Assembly: GCA_021772025.1 (NCBI GenBank) | Contig: JAETNT010000005.1 | Location: 41,267-105,266, forward strand | DNA length: 64,000 nucleotides | Source of the DNA: Enterocloster bolteae | GTDB lineage: Bacteria; Bacillota; Clostridia; Lachnospirales; Lachnospiraceae | Direction: 5' to 3' | In this document: in pieces, positions 45,570-54,963 of the stretch | Position numbering within the stretch: position 1 is the stretch's first letter | How the letters are laid out: each line of letters opens with the position of its first letter | Position numbers and translations under genes: made by a program | Notes under the pieces: generated by a model | The model's database searches: none | Told to the model about the DNA's origin: nothing | What the model saw: the letters and a program-made list of their open reading frames with translations, nothing else

Positions 45570-46775
45570 GTGAAAGAAGAATTTAAATTAGTTCACCGGG
45601 AGCGGAAGGCTGGGCCGAAATACGGCCTGGAATTCTTAAATAAAGAAACCGTAAGTAAGGTATGCGGTTTTCATCAAAGCTTTCCGGTTTATGAAAAGAC
45701 TCCATTAGCAAACTTAGACGGATTGGCAAAAGAACTAGGAATCGGAGGACTTCGGGTTAAGGATGAGTCTTACCGCTTCGGATTAAATGCATTTAAGGTA
45801 TTGGGCGGCAGCTTTGCAATTGGCAATTACCTGGCACAGAAACTGGGAATGGACATTTCTCAGCTGCCCTATGACAAGATGGTGTCAGATGAGGTTCGGA
45901 AAAAGTTAGGAGAAATTACTTTTGTGACTGCCACTGACGGCAACCATGGAAGAGGCGTTGCCTGGACGGCGAATCAGTTAAAGCAGAAAGCGGTTGTTTA
46001 TATGCCCAAGGGAAGCGCTTTGGAGCGTCTTAATAATATTAAGGCAGAAGGAGCAGACGCGTCTATTACCGATATGAACTACGACGAGGCCGTAAGGCTG
46101 GCAAACAGCCAGGCTGAAAAGAACGGCTGGGTTATGGTTCAGGACACTGCCTGGGACGGTTACGAAGACATTCCTACATGGATTATGCAGGGTTACGCAA
46201 CCATGGGATATGAGACCTTAGAGCAGCTGGAGGAAAAGCCCACCCATATCTTTTTACAGGCAGGGGTCGGTTCTTTGGCAGGAGCGATAACAGGTTTATT
46301 TTCCAGTGTTTACGGAGAGAACCGCCCGGTCATTACGATTGTAGAGCCTAATAAGGCGGACTGCTTATTCCAGACCGCAAAAGCAGACGACGGCCGGCTT
46401 CATTTTGTAACCGGAGACATGAACACGATTATGGCCGGTCTGGCATGCGGCGAGCCCTGCAGCATAGGCTGGAAAGTATTAAATGATTATGCGGACAATT
46501 TTATTTCCTGCCCGGATTACGCAGCGGCAAAGGGAATGAGAATGTTGGGCAATCCGCCTAAGGGAGATGACAGGGTGATTTCCGGAGAGAGCGGAGCGGC
46601 AACTGTGGGATGCATTGCAGAGATTTTAACGAATCCGGCGCTGGCTCATATCAAGGAGACATTAAAATTGGATGAGAATTCCAAGGTTCTCTGCTTCAGT
46701 ACAGAGGGCGACACGGATAAGGAAAACTATAAAGCGATTGTATGGGATGGCAAAGATTCCAGTTATAACAAATAG
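45570..46775 (+). CDS. dpaL: Diaminopropionate ammonia-lyase (PLP-dependent, YgeX-like)
   Basis: 401 aa with the PLP fold-type II lysine region FKVLGGSFAIGNYL. GTG start 9 nt after AGGAGG. Confidence 0.8.
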   Translation: MKEEFKLVHRERKAGPKYGLEFLNKETVSKVCGFHQSFPVYEKTPLANLDGLAKELGIGGLRVKDESYRFGLNAFKVLGGSFAIGNYLAQKLGMDISQLPYDKMVSDEVRKKLGEITFVTATDGNHGRGVAWTANQLKQKAVVYMPKGSALERLNNIKAEGADASITDMNYDEAVRLANSQAEKNGWVMVQDTAWDGYEDIPTWIMQGYATMGYETLEQLEEKPTHIFLQAGVGSLAGAITGLFSSVYGENRPVITIVEPNKADCLFQTAKADDGRLHFVTGDMNTIMAGLACGEPCSIGWKVLNDYADNFISCPDYAAAKGMRMLGNPPKGDDRVISGESGAATVGCIAEILTNPALAHIKETLKLDENSKVLCFSTEGDTDKENYKAIVWDGKDSSYNK

Positions 46776-46787
46776 GAGGGGAAAGAA

Positions 46788-47972
46788 ATGTTAGAAAACA
46801 AGAGACAGGAAGAAGTTATTGCATTGTGCCGGAAACTGATTCAGGCAAAAAGCTATTCCGGCGGTGAGGATAAGGTATCCGCTGCTATCAAGGAAGCTAT
46901 GACTGAAAAAGGATTTGATGAAATTACCATTGACAAGTACGGAAATATTATCGGATGCATAAAGGGAAAACGCCCGGGCAAAAAGATTTTATTTGACGGA
47001 CATATTGATACGGTTCCGGTAACTGATGAAACGGCTTGGGAATTCCCGCCATTCGGCGCCGAGATCCACGACGGCAAGATTTACGGGAGAGGAACCAGCG
47101 ACATGAAGGGCTCTGTAGCCGCTTTTATCTGCGCGGCCGCCAATTATGCAGAAGATACGGGAAGAGACTTTCCCGGAGAGATTTACGTGGCAGGCGTTGT
47201 GCATGAGGAGTGTTTTGAGGGAGTTGCAGCAAGAGAGATCAGCAGTTTTGTAAAGCCGGATTATGTAGTAATCGGTGAGGCCTCCCAGTTAAACTTAAAA
47301 ATAGGCCAGAGAGGCCGGGCCGAGATTGTAGTGGAAACCTTTGGCAAACCCTGCCACTCTGCCAATCCGGAAAAGGGAATTAACTCGGTTTACAAAATGG
47401 CAAAGGTTATTGAAGCAATCCGTACCTTAGAACCCACCCGCCATCCTGTGCTTGGGGACGGCATTTTAGAGTTGACAGACATTAAGTCTTCTCCGTATCC
47501 GGGCGCTTCTGTAGTTCCGGAATACTGCCGTGCAACCTATGACAGGCGGCTGCTGGTAGGCGAGACTAAGGAGAGTGTATTAGCTCCTATTCAAGAGCTG
47601 CTTGATAAGCTGATGGCAGAGGATCCGGAATTAAAAGTAAAGGCTTCCTATGCAGTGGGAAAGGAAATGTGCTATACCGGCAACCAGATTGAAGGCGAGC
47701 GTTTCTTCCCGGGATGGCTCTACGATGAGGATGCAGACTTTGTGCAGGCGGTATACGGCCAGTTAAAAGAGATGGGATTTGACCCCTCTATTACGCAGTA
47801 TAACTTCTGCACCAACGGCAGCCACTACGCAGGTGAGGCCGGAATTAAGACCATTGGTCTTGGCCCGTCCAGAGAAAACCTGGCTCATACCGTAAACGAG
47901 CACATTGAGATTGACCAGCTCTGCAAGGTAACCGAGTGTTACTACGGAACCATGAAGGCTTTGCTGAAATAG
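46788..47972 (+). CDS. ygeY: YgeY-family M20 peptidase/hydrolase
   Basis: M20 metal-binding motifs HIDTVP and GRGTSDMKG with a dimerisation domain. Gene order is dpaL-ygeY as in E. coli ygeX-ygeY. Confidence 0.8.
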   Translation: MLENKRQEEVIALCRKLIQAKSYSGGEDKVSAAIKEAMTEKGFDEITIDKYGNIIGCIKGKRPGKKILFDGHIDTVPVTDETAWEFPPFGAEIHDGKIYGRGTSDMKGSVAAFICAAANYAEDTGRDFPGEIYVAGVVHEECFEGVAAREISSFVKPDYVVIGEASQLNLKIGQRGRAEIVVETFGKPCHSANPEKGINSVYKMAKVIEAIRTLEPTRHPVLGDGILELTDIKSSPYPGASVVPEYCRATYDRRLLVGETKESVLAPIQELLDKLMAEDPELKVKASYAVGKEMCYTGNQIEGERFFPGWLYDEDADFVQAVYGQLKEMGFDPSITQYNFCTNGSHYAGEAGIKTIGLGPSRENLAHTVNEHIEIDQLCKVTECYYGTMKALLK

Positions 47973-48041
47973 ACAATTGTGGCAAAAATTCAGAAAAAGA
48001 GGCTCCCTGGAGCTAATAAATAACAAATCGGGGGAATAAAA

Positions 48042-49523
48042 ATGAGCAGTAAACAAGTTACCGCATTGGCGATTATTTTTATCTACATGATTGCTACTAT
48101 TATTTTAGGATTGGTCGTATCCAAAAGCAAGCAGAAAAAGGCGGAAAAGCAGAGCAACGACGACTTTCTGATGGCCAGTAAGTCTTTAGGCCCGGTAGTG
48201 CTGGCAGGCACTCTGTTCGCGGCAAATACCGGCGGAGCAAGTACCACGGGCATTGCGACCAATGTTTACACCTACGGCTTATCCGCCTGCTGGTACGTAA
48301 TTGCTGCAGGTATTGGATTCGTATTAGTATCTTTTATCGCGCCTTATTTCCGTAAAGCGCAGGCCAGCACGGTTCCGCAGATTATTGAGAAACGTTACGG
48401 CAAGGCATCCCATATTTTTACCGCCTTTACTTCTATCGCCGCGCTGTTTATGGCAACCGGGGCCCAGATTATCGCAACCGCATCGATCATCAACGTAGTA
48501 ACCGGCCTGGAGTTTGCGATTGCTGCGTCTGTTATCACAGTTGTAGTTATTATTTACACCATGGTAGGAGGGTTCCAGTCTGTAGCGGCAGCGAACCTGA
48601 TGCATGTATTCTTTATCACTATCGGTATGACTATCGCTATGTTTGTAATGGTAAACAGCGGAGCAGTAGGCGGTTTCTCCAGCCTGTTTGCACAAGCTGA
48701 GACCATTGCAGATGCAAGCGGAAATAATTTAGACCTGCTGAGCATGACTAAGGTGGGAGCAACTACCATTATCGGCTATATTGCAATGTATTTTATGACC
48801 TTCCCTACCGGGCAGGAAATCGTTCAGACTTTCTGCTCCGCAAAGGATGGAAAATCCGCGAAACTGGGTTCCTTAATTGCTGGTATCTTATCTGCGGCAT
48901 ATGCAATTGTTCCTGCGATTATCGGCTTAATGGCCTACACCTGCATTGACGGCTACGCAGCAAACGGCGCACAGAAGAATGCATTAGCAGACGCAACGAT
49001 GCAGTTTGCGCCCGCCATTATTGCCGGTATTGTATTGGCCGCTGTAGTAGCGGCTACCATGAGCAGCGCTTCCGGCAACATGATCGGAACAGCAACCATG
49101 TTTACTAACGACGTGTTCCGTCCCTACATCAACAAGGGCAGACAGGATGACCAGAAGGAAATCTGGATCTCCAGAGTTATCATGGTAATCGTAGGCGGCG
49201 TAGGCTTGACTATCGCATTAACTGCTTCCAATATTATCAGCGTTATGATGGGTGCGTTTGCACTGAGAAGCGCCGGTCCTTTCGCGGCATTTATTTGCGG
49301 CCTGTTCTATAAGAACGTAACGAAGAGAGCCGGTTTTATCTCCATCGTAGTTGGTACTATCGTAGCGGCGGTTTGGATTTACGGTTTCAATACTCCCTGG
49401 GGCTTAAGTGCAATGGTTCCAGGCGGTATCGTAGCATTTATTGTAATCTTTGCAGTATCCGCAATAGACCGGGCGGCCGGTGTTCCCGCAGCTCCGCCTA
49501 TTGAATTTGACAGCGAAGCTTAA
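48042..49523 (+). CDS. Sodium:solute symporter family transporter
   Basis: 13-14 TM helices and SSS-like N-terminus ALAIIFIYMIATIILG...DDFLMASKSLGPVVLAGTLFAANTGGASTTG. Confidence 0.8.
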   Translation: MSSKQVTALAIIFIYMIATIILGLVVSKSKQKKAEKQSNDDFLMASKSLGPVVLAGTLFAANTGGASTTGIATNVYTYGLSACWYVIAAGIGFVLVSFIAPYFRKAQASTVPQIIEKRYGKASHIFTAFTSIAALFMATGAQIIATASIINVVTGLEFAIAASVITVVVIIYTMVGGFQSVAAANLMHVFFITIGMTIAMFVMVNSGAVGGFSSLFAQAETIADASGNNLDLLSMTKVGATTIIGYIAMYFMTFPTGQEIVQTFCSAKDGKSAKLGSLIAGILSAAYAIVPAIIGLMAYTCIDGYAANGAQKNALADATMQFAPAIIAGIVLAAVVAATMSSASGNMIGTATMFTNDVFRPYINKGRQDDQKEIWISRVIMVIVGGVGLTIALTASNIISVMMGAFALRSAGPFAAFICGLFYKNVTKRAGFISIVVGTIVAAVWIYGFNTPWGLSAMVPGGIVAFIVIFAVSAIDRAAGVPAAPPIEFDSEA

Positions 49524-49615
49524 TTCGGCGGTTTCTGGCGCCGCAAAAAAGACGGCGCCGGATTTTAAGAAGGAGAATCAGGTTTGCCCTCGGGGCGAGA
49601 AAGGGGTTATTTCAT

Positions 49616-51217
49616 ATGAAAAAATTAATCGTAAACGGAACTATCGTAGACGGCAGCGGCAGGGCCGGTTATCAGGCAAACGTTTTAATTGAGGACGAGA
49701 GAATCGCAAAAATCGGCGATATTCAGCCGGAAGAAGGCGTAGAAGTTATCGACGCAAAGGGTTTGATAGTAGCTCCCGGCTTTATTGACACTCACAGCCA
49801 CAGTGACTTACAGATTTTGGAGAACCCGGAGATTCTGCCTAAGGTGCGTCAAGGCGTTACCACCGAGGTATTAGGCCAGGACGGTATCTCCATGGCTCCC
49901 CTTCCCATCAGGTACATCAGCCCGTGGAGAAAGAATTTGGCCGGTCTGGACGGAGACAGCGATAATATCAACTGGGAGTTTGAGACCACGGAAGGGTATT
50001 TAAAGATGATTGAGGACGCAAAGCCCGGACTAAACGAATGTTACTTAGTTCCTCACGGAAATATCCGCATGGAAGCTATGGGCCTAGACAACCGTCTGCC
50101 CAATGATGAAGAATTAAAGGCAATGTGCGACATTACCCGCAGAGAGATGGAAGCAGGGGCTGTGGGCCTTTCTACCGGCCTGATTTATATGCCCTGTGCA
50201 TATTCGGAGTCCAAAGAAATCATCGAAATGTGCAAAGTCGTTGCAGAATATGATGGTATCTTTGTTATTCACCAGAGAAGCGAGGCTGACACCATCTTAG
50301 ATTCCATGGAAGAGGTTATCAAAATTGGCCGGGAGTCCGGAGTTAAGATTCACTATTCCCATTTCAAGGTTTGCGGAAAGAAGAACTGGGATAAGATTGA
50401 CAAGGTCATTGAACTGTTAGAGAAGGCAAAAGCAGAAGGCATCCGGGTATCCTTTGACCAGTATCCTTACGTTGCAGGCAGCACTATGCTGGGCGTTATC
50501 CTTCCTCCCTGGGTACACGACGGCGGTACTGACAAAGTGGTAGAACGCCTGGCGGATCCCGAGCTTCGCAAGAAAATGGTTTATGACATTGAGCATGGTA
50601 TTCCCGGATGGGATAACTTCGTTGAGTTTGCCGGTTTAGATGGTATCTTCGTTACCAGTGTTAAGACGCAGAAGAACCAGGATGCTATTGGCTTAAGCCT
50701 GACCCAGCTTGGAAAGTTGAGAGGAAAAGATGCTTATGAGGCAACCTTTGATCTGCTGTTAGAGGAAGAAAACGCAGTTGGTATGGTAGACTTCTACGGA
50801 ACCGAAGAGCACGTTCAGCTGTTTATGAAGCGTCCGGAAATGAATGCATGCACCGACGGCCTTCTAGGCGGTAAGCCTCACCCCAGAGTATACGGCGCGT
50901 TTACCAGAATCCTTGGCAAGTACGTAAGAGAAGATAAAGCTTTGTCTCTGGAAGAGGCTATCTACAAGATGACCAAGAAGCCGGCAGAAACATTCCTCAT
51001 TACGGATAGAGGCCAGATTAAGGAAGGATACTTTGCGGATATTACCATATTTGATAAGGACACGGTAATTGACAAGGGAACTTTTGTCGATCCCATCCAG
51101 TATCCGGAAGGCATTAAGTATGTACTGATTAACGGCCAGACAGTAATTGCAGGCGAAAATCATACCGGCGTAAGAAGCGGCAAAGTACTTCGGATGAAGG
51201 ATAAGGCAGTGAAATAA
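49616..51217 (+). CDS. Amidohydrolase-family protein (N-acyl-D-amino-acid deacylase / D-aminoacylase-like)
   Basis: MKKLIVNGTIVDGSG...VAPGFIDTHSHSD is the metal-binding HxH of the amidohydrolase superfamily. Confidence 0.7.
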   Translation: MKKLIVNGTIVDGSGRAGYQANVLIEDERIAKIGDIQPEEGVEVIDAKGLIVAPGFIDTHSHSDLQILENPEILPKVRQGVTTEVLGQDGISMAPLPIRYISPWRKNLAGLDGDSDNINWEFETTEGYLKMIEDAKPGLNECYLVPHGNIRMEAMGLDNRLPNDEELKAMCDITRREMEAGAVGLSTGLIYMPCAYSESKEIIEMCKVVAEYDGIFVIHQRSEADTILDSMEEVIKIGRESGVKIHYSHFKVCGKKNWDKIDKVIELLEKAKAEGIRVSFDQYPYVAGSTMLGVILPPWVHDGGTDKVVERLADPELRKKMVYDIEHGIPGWDNFVEFAGLDGIFVTSVKTQKNQDAIGLSLTQLGKLRGKDAYEATFDLLLEEENAVGMVDFYGTEEHVQLFMKRPEMNACTDGLLGGKPHPRVYGAFTRILGKYVREDKALSLEEAIYKMTKKPAETFLITDRGQIKEGYFADITIFDKDTVIDKGTFVDPIQYPEGIKYVLINGQTVIAGENHTGVRSGKVLRMKDKAVK

Positions 51218-51228
51218 ATAGCAGAAAT

Positions 51229-51270
51229 AGGCAGAATCCATAGATTACGGGTTCTGCCTGTTTTGTTTTT
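51229..51270 (+). terminator. Rho-independent terminator ending the sigma-54 operon
   Basis: AGGCAGAATCC-atagattacgg-GTTCTGCCT followed by GTTTTGTTTTT. Confidence 0.85.
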
Positions 51271-51350
51271 GCAAAATTGCTTTATGCTGATGCTTTTATT
51301 TGCTTTGTGTGTGCAAAACAGACAAATGTACGCCTGCCGCAATATTCGTC

Positions 51351-51379
51351 TTGCGTCCGGACACAAAATGTGCTAGAAT
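51351..51379 (+). promoter_or_regulatory. Sigma-A promoter for thrC (TTGCGT-17-TAGAAT)
   Basis: TTGCGT at 51351-56, 17-nt spacer, TAGAAT at 51374-79, about 50 nt upstream of the start. Confidence 0.55.
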
Positions 51380-51427
51380 TTCCACAAATCATTTTCAAAC
51401 CATTATTTAAGAAAAGAGGATGCAACC

Positions 51428-52915
51428 ATGGCATTATCATATCAGAGTACACGAGGCAGGGAGAACGGCGTAACTGCTTCTCAGGCAGTTTTAAAGGGAT
51501 TGGCAGAGGACGGCGGCCTGTTTATGCCTGCTGAGATCCCGGCGCTCTCCATCCCCATGAAAGAGCTTGCCGGGATGTCCTATCAGCAAACTGCTTATGA
51601 GGTGATGAAGTTGTTTCTCACCGACTACACCGAGGAGGAACTGAAAGATTGCATTGCCAGAGCCTATGACAGCAAATTTGATACAGAAGAAATCGCACCT
51701 CTGGCCAAGGCGGGCGGTATGTATTTCCTGGAGCTGTTTCACGGAAAAACTATCGCATTTAAAGATATGGCTTTGTCCATTCTCCCTCATCTTATGACCA
51801 CTGCGGCTAAGAAAAACGGCGTAGATAAAGAGATTGTTATCCTGACGGCAACCTCCGGAGACACCGGAAAAGCGGCTATGGCAGGTTTTGCGGATGTGCC
51901 GGGCACTCGGATCATCGTGTTTTATCCCAAAGGCGGCGTCAGCAAGGTGCAGGAGCTGCAGATGCGGACTCAAAGGGGCGATAATACCAGCGTAGTTGCT
52001 ATCCACGGCAATTTTGACGATGCTCAGACCGGCGTTAAGAAGCTGTTTGGCGACAAGGAATTTGCAAAAGAGCTGGCTGATAAGGGCTTTCAGTTCTCCA
52101 GCGCCAATTCCATTAACATAGGCCGTCTGGTTCCTCAGGTGGTTTATTATGTATATGCTTATGCCAAGCTGCTGGAAAACGGCGAGATTGAGGACGGCGA
52201 GATTATTAACGTTACGGTTCCTACCGGCAATTTTGGGAATATTTTGGCCGCTTACTTTGCAAAGCACATGGGTGTGCCAATCGGAAAACTGATCTGTGCT
52301 TCCAATGAAAATAAGGTGCTTTATGATTTCTTTGCTACAGGCACCTATGACAGAAAGAGGGAATTTATCCTGACCAATTCCCCGTCTATGGATATTCTGA
52401 TTTCCAGCAACCTGGAGCGCCTGATCTACTTAAGTGCAGGCTGTGACGCAAAAAAGAACGCTGAGCTGATGGCGGATTTAAGCCGGACCGGTGAGTACAC
52501 CATTACTGAAGAAATGAAGAAAAATATGGAAGGCTTTATAGGCGGCTTTGCAACCCAAGAGGAAGACGGCGCTATAATCCGTGAGATGTTTCGAGAATGC
52601 GGGTACCTTATGGATACCCATACCGGAGTAGCCGCTGCGGTTTACCGGCAGTATAAAGAGAAAACGGGAGATACTGCTAAAACCGTAATCGCATCTACTG
52701 CCAGTCCTTATAAATTTTCCAGAAGTGTAATGGAAGCCATTGCAGGGCATCAGGAGACAGATGACGAGTTCGCTCTTATCGATGAGATGAGCCGCCTGTC
52801 CGGAGTACCGGTGCCCCAAGCCGTTGAGGAGATCCGTACTGCCCCTGTCCGTCATAATCGGGAGTGCGATGTGGACGGAATGAAGGCAGAGGTTAGGGAT
52901 ATCTTAGGAATGTAA
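51428..52915 (+). CDS. thrC: Threonine synthase (long form)
   Basis: MALSYQSTRGRENGVTASQAVLKGLAEDGGLFMP and a PLP-binding lysine region; 495 aa. Confidence 0.9.
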   Translation: MALSYQSTRGRENGVTASQAVLKGLAEDGGLFMPAEIPALSIPMKELAGMSYQQTAYEVMKLFLTDYTEEELKDCIARAYDSKFDTEEIAPLAKAGGMYFLELFHGKTIAFKDMALSILPHLMTTAAKKNGVDKEIVILTATSGDTGKAAMAGFADVPGTRIIVFYPKGGVSKVQELQMRTQRGDNTSVVAIHGNFDDAQTGVKKLFGDKEFAKELADKGFQFSSANSINIGRLVPQVVYYVYAYAKLLENGEIEDGEIINVTVPTGNFGNILAAYFAKHMGVPIGKLICASNENKVLYDFFATGTYDRKREFILTNSPSMDILISSNLERLIYLSAGCDAKKNAELMADLSRTGEYTITEEMKKNMEGFIGGFATQEEDGAIIREMFRECGYLMDTHTGVAAAVYRQYKEKTGDTAKTVIASTASPYKFSRSVMEAIAGHQETDDEFALIDEMSRLSGVPVPQAVEEIRTAPVRHNRECDVDGMKAEVRDILGM

Positions 52916-52992
52916 ATAAATACTTTTCAATCGAGGAAAAATGCGCTATAATAAATTCAAGATGTTATCACAATGTGAGGGAGGTTTTTCCA

Positions 52993-53856
52993 ATGTTAGT
53001 TTCAGCAAAAGAGATGCTAGAGAAGGCAAGAGACGGGAAATACGCAGTAGGTCAGTTTAATATCAACAACTTAGAGTGGACCAAGGCTATTCTGCTTACC
53101 GCAGAGGAGTTAAAATCCCCGGTTATCCTGGGCGTATCTGAGGGCGCAGGCAAATATATGACCGGTTATAAGACCGTAGCAGCTATGGTTTCCGCTATGA
53201 TCGAAGAGTTAAAGATTACCGTCCCGGTAGCCCTCCACTTAGACCACGGCTCTTATGAGGGATGCTATAAGTGTATTGAGGCAGGATTCTCATCCATCAT
53301 GTTCGACGGTTCCCATTATCCCATTGAAGAGAACGTTGAGAAGACGAAAGAGCTGGTTGCCGTTTGTGCGGAAAAAGGCCTGTCCTTAGAGGCGGAGGTC
53401 GGCTCCATCGGCGGCGAGGAAGACGGTGTTGTAGGCATGGGCGAATGTGCGGATCCTAACGAGTGTAAGATGATTGCAGATCTGGGCGTAACCATGCTGG
53501 CTGCAGGCATTGGCAATATCCACGGAAAGTATCCGGCAAACTGGGCCGGCTTAAGCTTTGAGACCTTAGAGGCAGTAAACAAGGCAGTGGGCAATATGCC
53601 GCTGGTTCTTCACGGCGGTACCGGTATTCCGGCCGATATGATTAAGAAGGCAATCAGCCTTGGCGTTGCTAAGATTAATGTAAACACTGAGTGCCAGTTA
53701 TCTTTCGCTGCTGCCACCAGAGAGTATATTGAGGCTGGTAAGGATCAGCAGGGCAAGGGCTTTGACCCCAGAAAGCTGTTAGCACCCGGTACTGAGGCCA
53801 TTAAGGCAACAGTAAAAGAGAAAATGGAACTGTTCGGCTCCATCGGAAAAGCTTGA
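52993..53856 (+). CDS. fba: Class II fructose-1,6-bisphosphate aldolase
   Basis: MLVSAKEMLEKARDGKYAVGQFNINNLEW, LHLDHG and HGGTGIP. ATG 9 nt after GAGGGAGG. Confidence 0.9.
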   Translation: MLVSAKEMLEKARDGKYAVGQFNINNLEWTKAILLTAEELKSPVILGVSEGAGKYMTGYKTVAAMVSAMIEELKITVPVALHLDHGSYEGCYKCIEAGFSSIMFDGSHYPIEENVEKTKELVAVCAEKGLSLEAEVGSIGGEEDGVVGMGECADPNECKMIADLGVTMLAAGIGNIHGKYPANWAGLSFETLEAVNKAVGNMPLVLHGGTGIPADMIKKAISLGVAKINVNTECQLSFAAATREYIEAGKDQQGKGFDPRKLLAPGTEAIKATVKEKMELFGSIGKA

Positions 53857-53931
53857 TTTTGCATATTTAAGCATAACAAGGGCTGTCCTGGTAAATTGGG
53901 ACAGCCCTTTGCTGCTAAAAGGAGAACATAT

Positions 53932-54663
53932 ATGCCAATTGGAATTATCGTAAACTGTGCCGCCATTGTTCTGGGAGGCGCCGCAGGGACTGCAGCCGGG
54001 CATAAGATTCCGGAACGGCTGAAAGCATCCCTGACCATGGTATTCGGAACCTGCGCCATGTGCATTGGGATTTCTTGCATTGTCAAGATGGCGACTCTTC
54101 CCGCCACGATTTTGTCGGTGGTAGTGGGTCTGATTATCGGAGAACTGCTGGATTTGGACATCTGGATTCAGCGGGGGATCCGCCAGGTGCAAAAGCCCAT
54201 GGCAAAAATTATGGGCTCAGGCTCTAAAACCTCAGAAGAACAGGAAACCTTTATGGAAAGCTTTATCAGCATCCTGATCTTGTTCTGCGCCAGCGGAACG
54301 GGAATTTTCGGATCCATGCAGTCCGGAATGACCGGTGATCACAGTATCCTGCTGGCAAAATCCATTCTGGATTTATTTACTGCCGCCATTTTTGCCGCAA
54401 ATTTAGGAGGCCTGGTATGCCTGGTATCCATTCCGCAATTTTTGATTATGATGCTGTGCTTTCTGGGGGCCGGCTTTATCATCCCGTTAACTAACGAGGC
54501 CATGTTGGGAGACTTCTCCGCCGTAGGCGGAGTCCTGACTCTGGCAACCGGTTTTCGCATTGCAGGAATTAAAAGCTTTCCGGTAGCAAACATGATGCCT
54601 GCAATGGTTTTGGCCATGCCTTTATCTTATTTGTGGAATGCCTGGGTGGTTCCGCTTTTATAA
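53932..54663 (+). CDS. DUF554-family integral membrane protein
   Basis: About seven TM helices and a YqgA/DUF554-like N-terminus MPIGIIVNCAAIVLGGAAGTAAGHKIPERL. ATG after AAAGGAG. Confidence 0.55.
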   Translation: MPIGIIVNCAAIVLGGAAGTAAGHKIPERLKASLTMVFGTCAMCIGISCIVKMATLPATILSVVVGLIIGELLDLDIWIQRGIRQVQKPMAKIMGSGSKTSEEQETFMESFISILILFCASGTGIFGSMQSGMTGDHSILLAKSILDLFTAAIFAANLGGLVCLVSIPQFLIMMLCFLGAGFIIPLTNEAMLGDFSAVGGVLTLATGFRIAGIKSFPVANMMPAMVLAMPLSYLWNAWVVPLL

Positions 54664-54963
54664 AGCGCAGTTATCACAAGCGGGATTATGAAGGTGCTGA
54701 TAATGATATTGCCACTTCAGGGCTGTATGGCTGCGGGAAAGGCGGCTGCCGCAACTTATCTTAAAGAAAATGTTCCGCAATAATTTTGTAAGATTCTGTA
54801 AAAGAAATTTCAGGATGATCCAAAAGTTGTAAAGAACATGACAGTAAATAAAGAAAATTGACCAGGAACCGTCAGACAAAAGACACACTTCGGACACAAT
54901 CTCCTAATAAAATAATCATGTAAACATAAAGACAACAACGGACAAAGAAAAGGAGACGTGTTT

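Noticed and set aside
54680-54780. 31-codon mini-ORF (MKVLIMILPLQGCMAAGKAAAATYLKENVPQ) in the 300-bp gap before the cell-wall-binding protein gene
   Set aside because: No convincing RBS and no supporting signal. Reported only here, as an unsupported small ORF.
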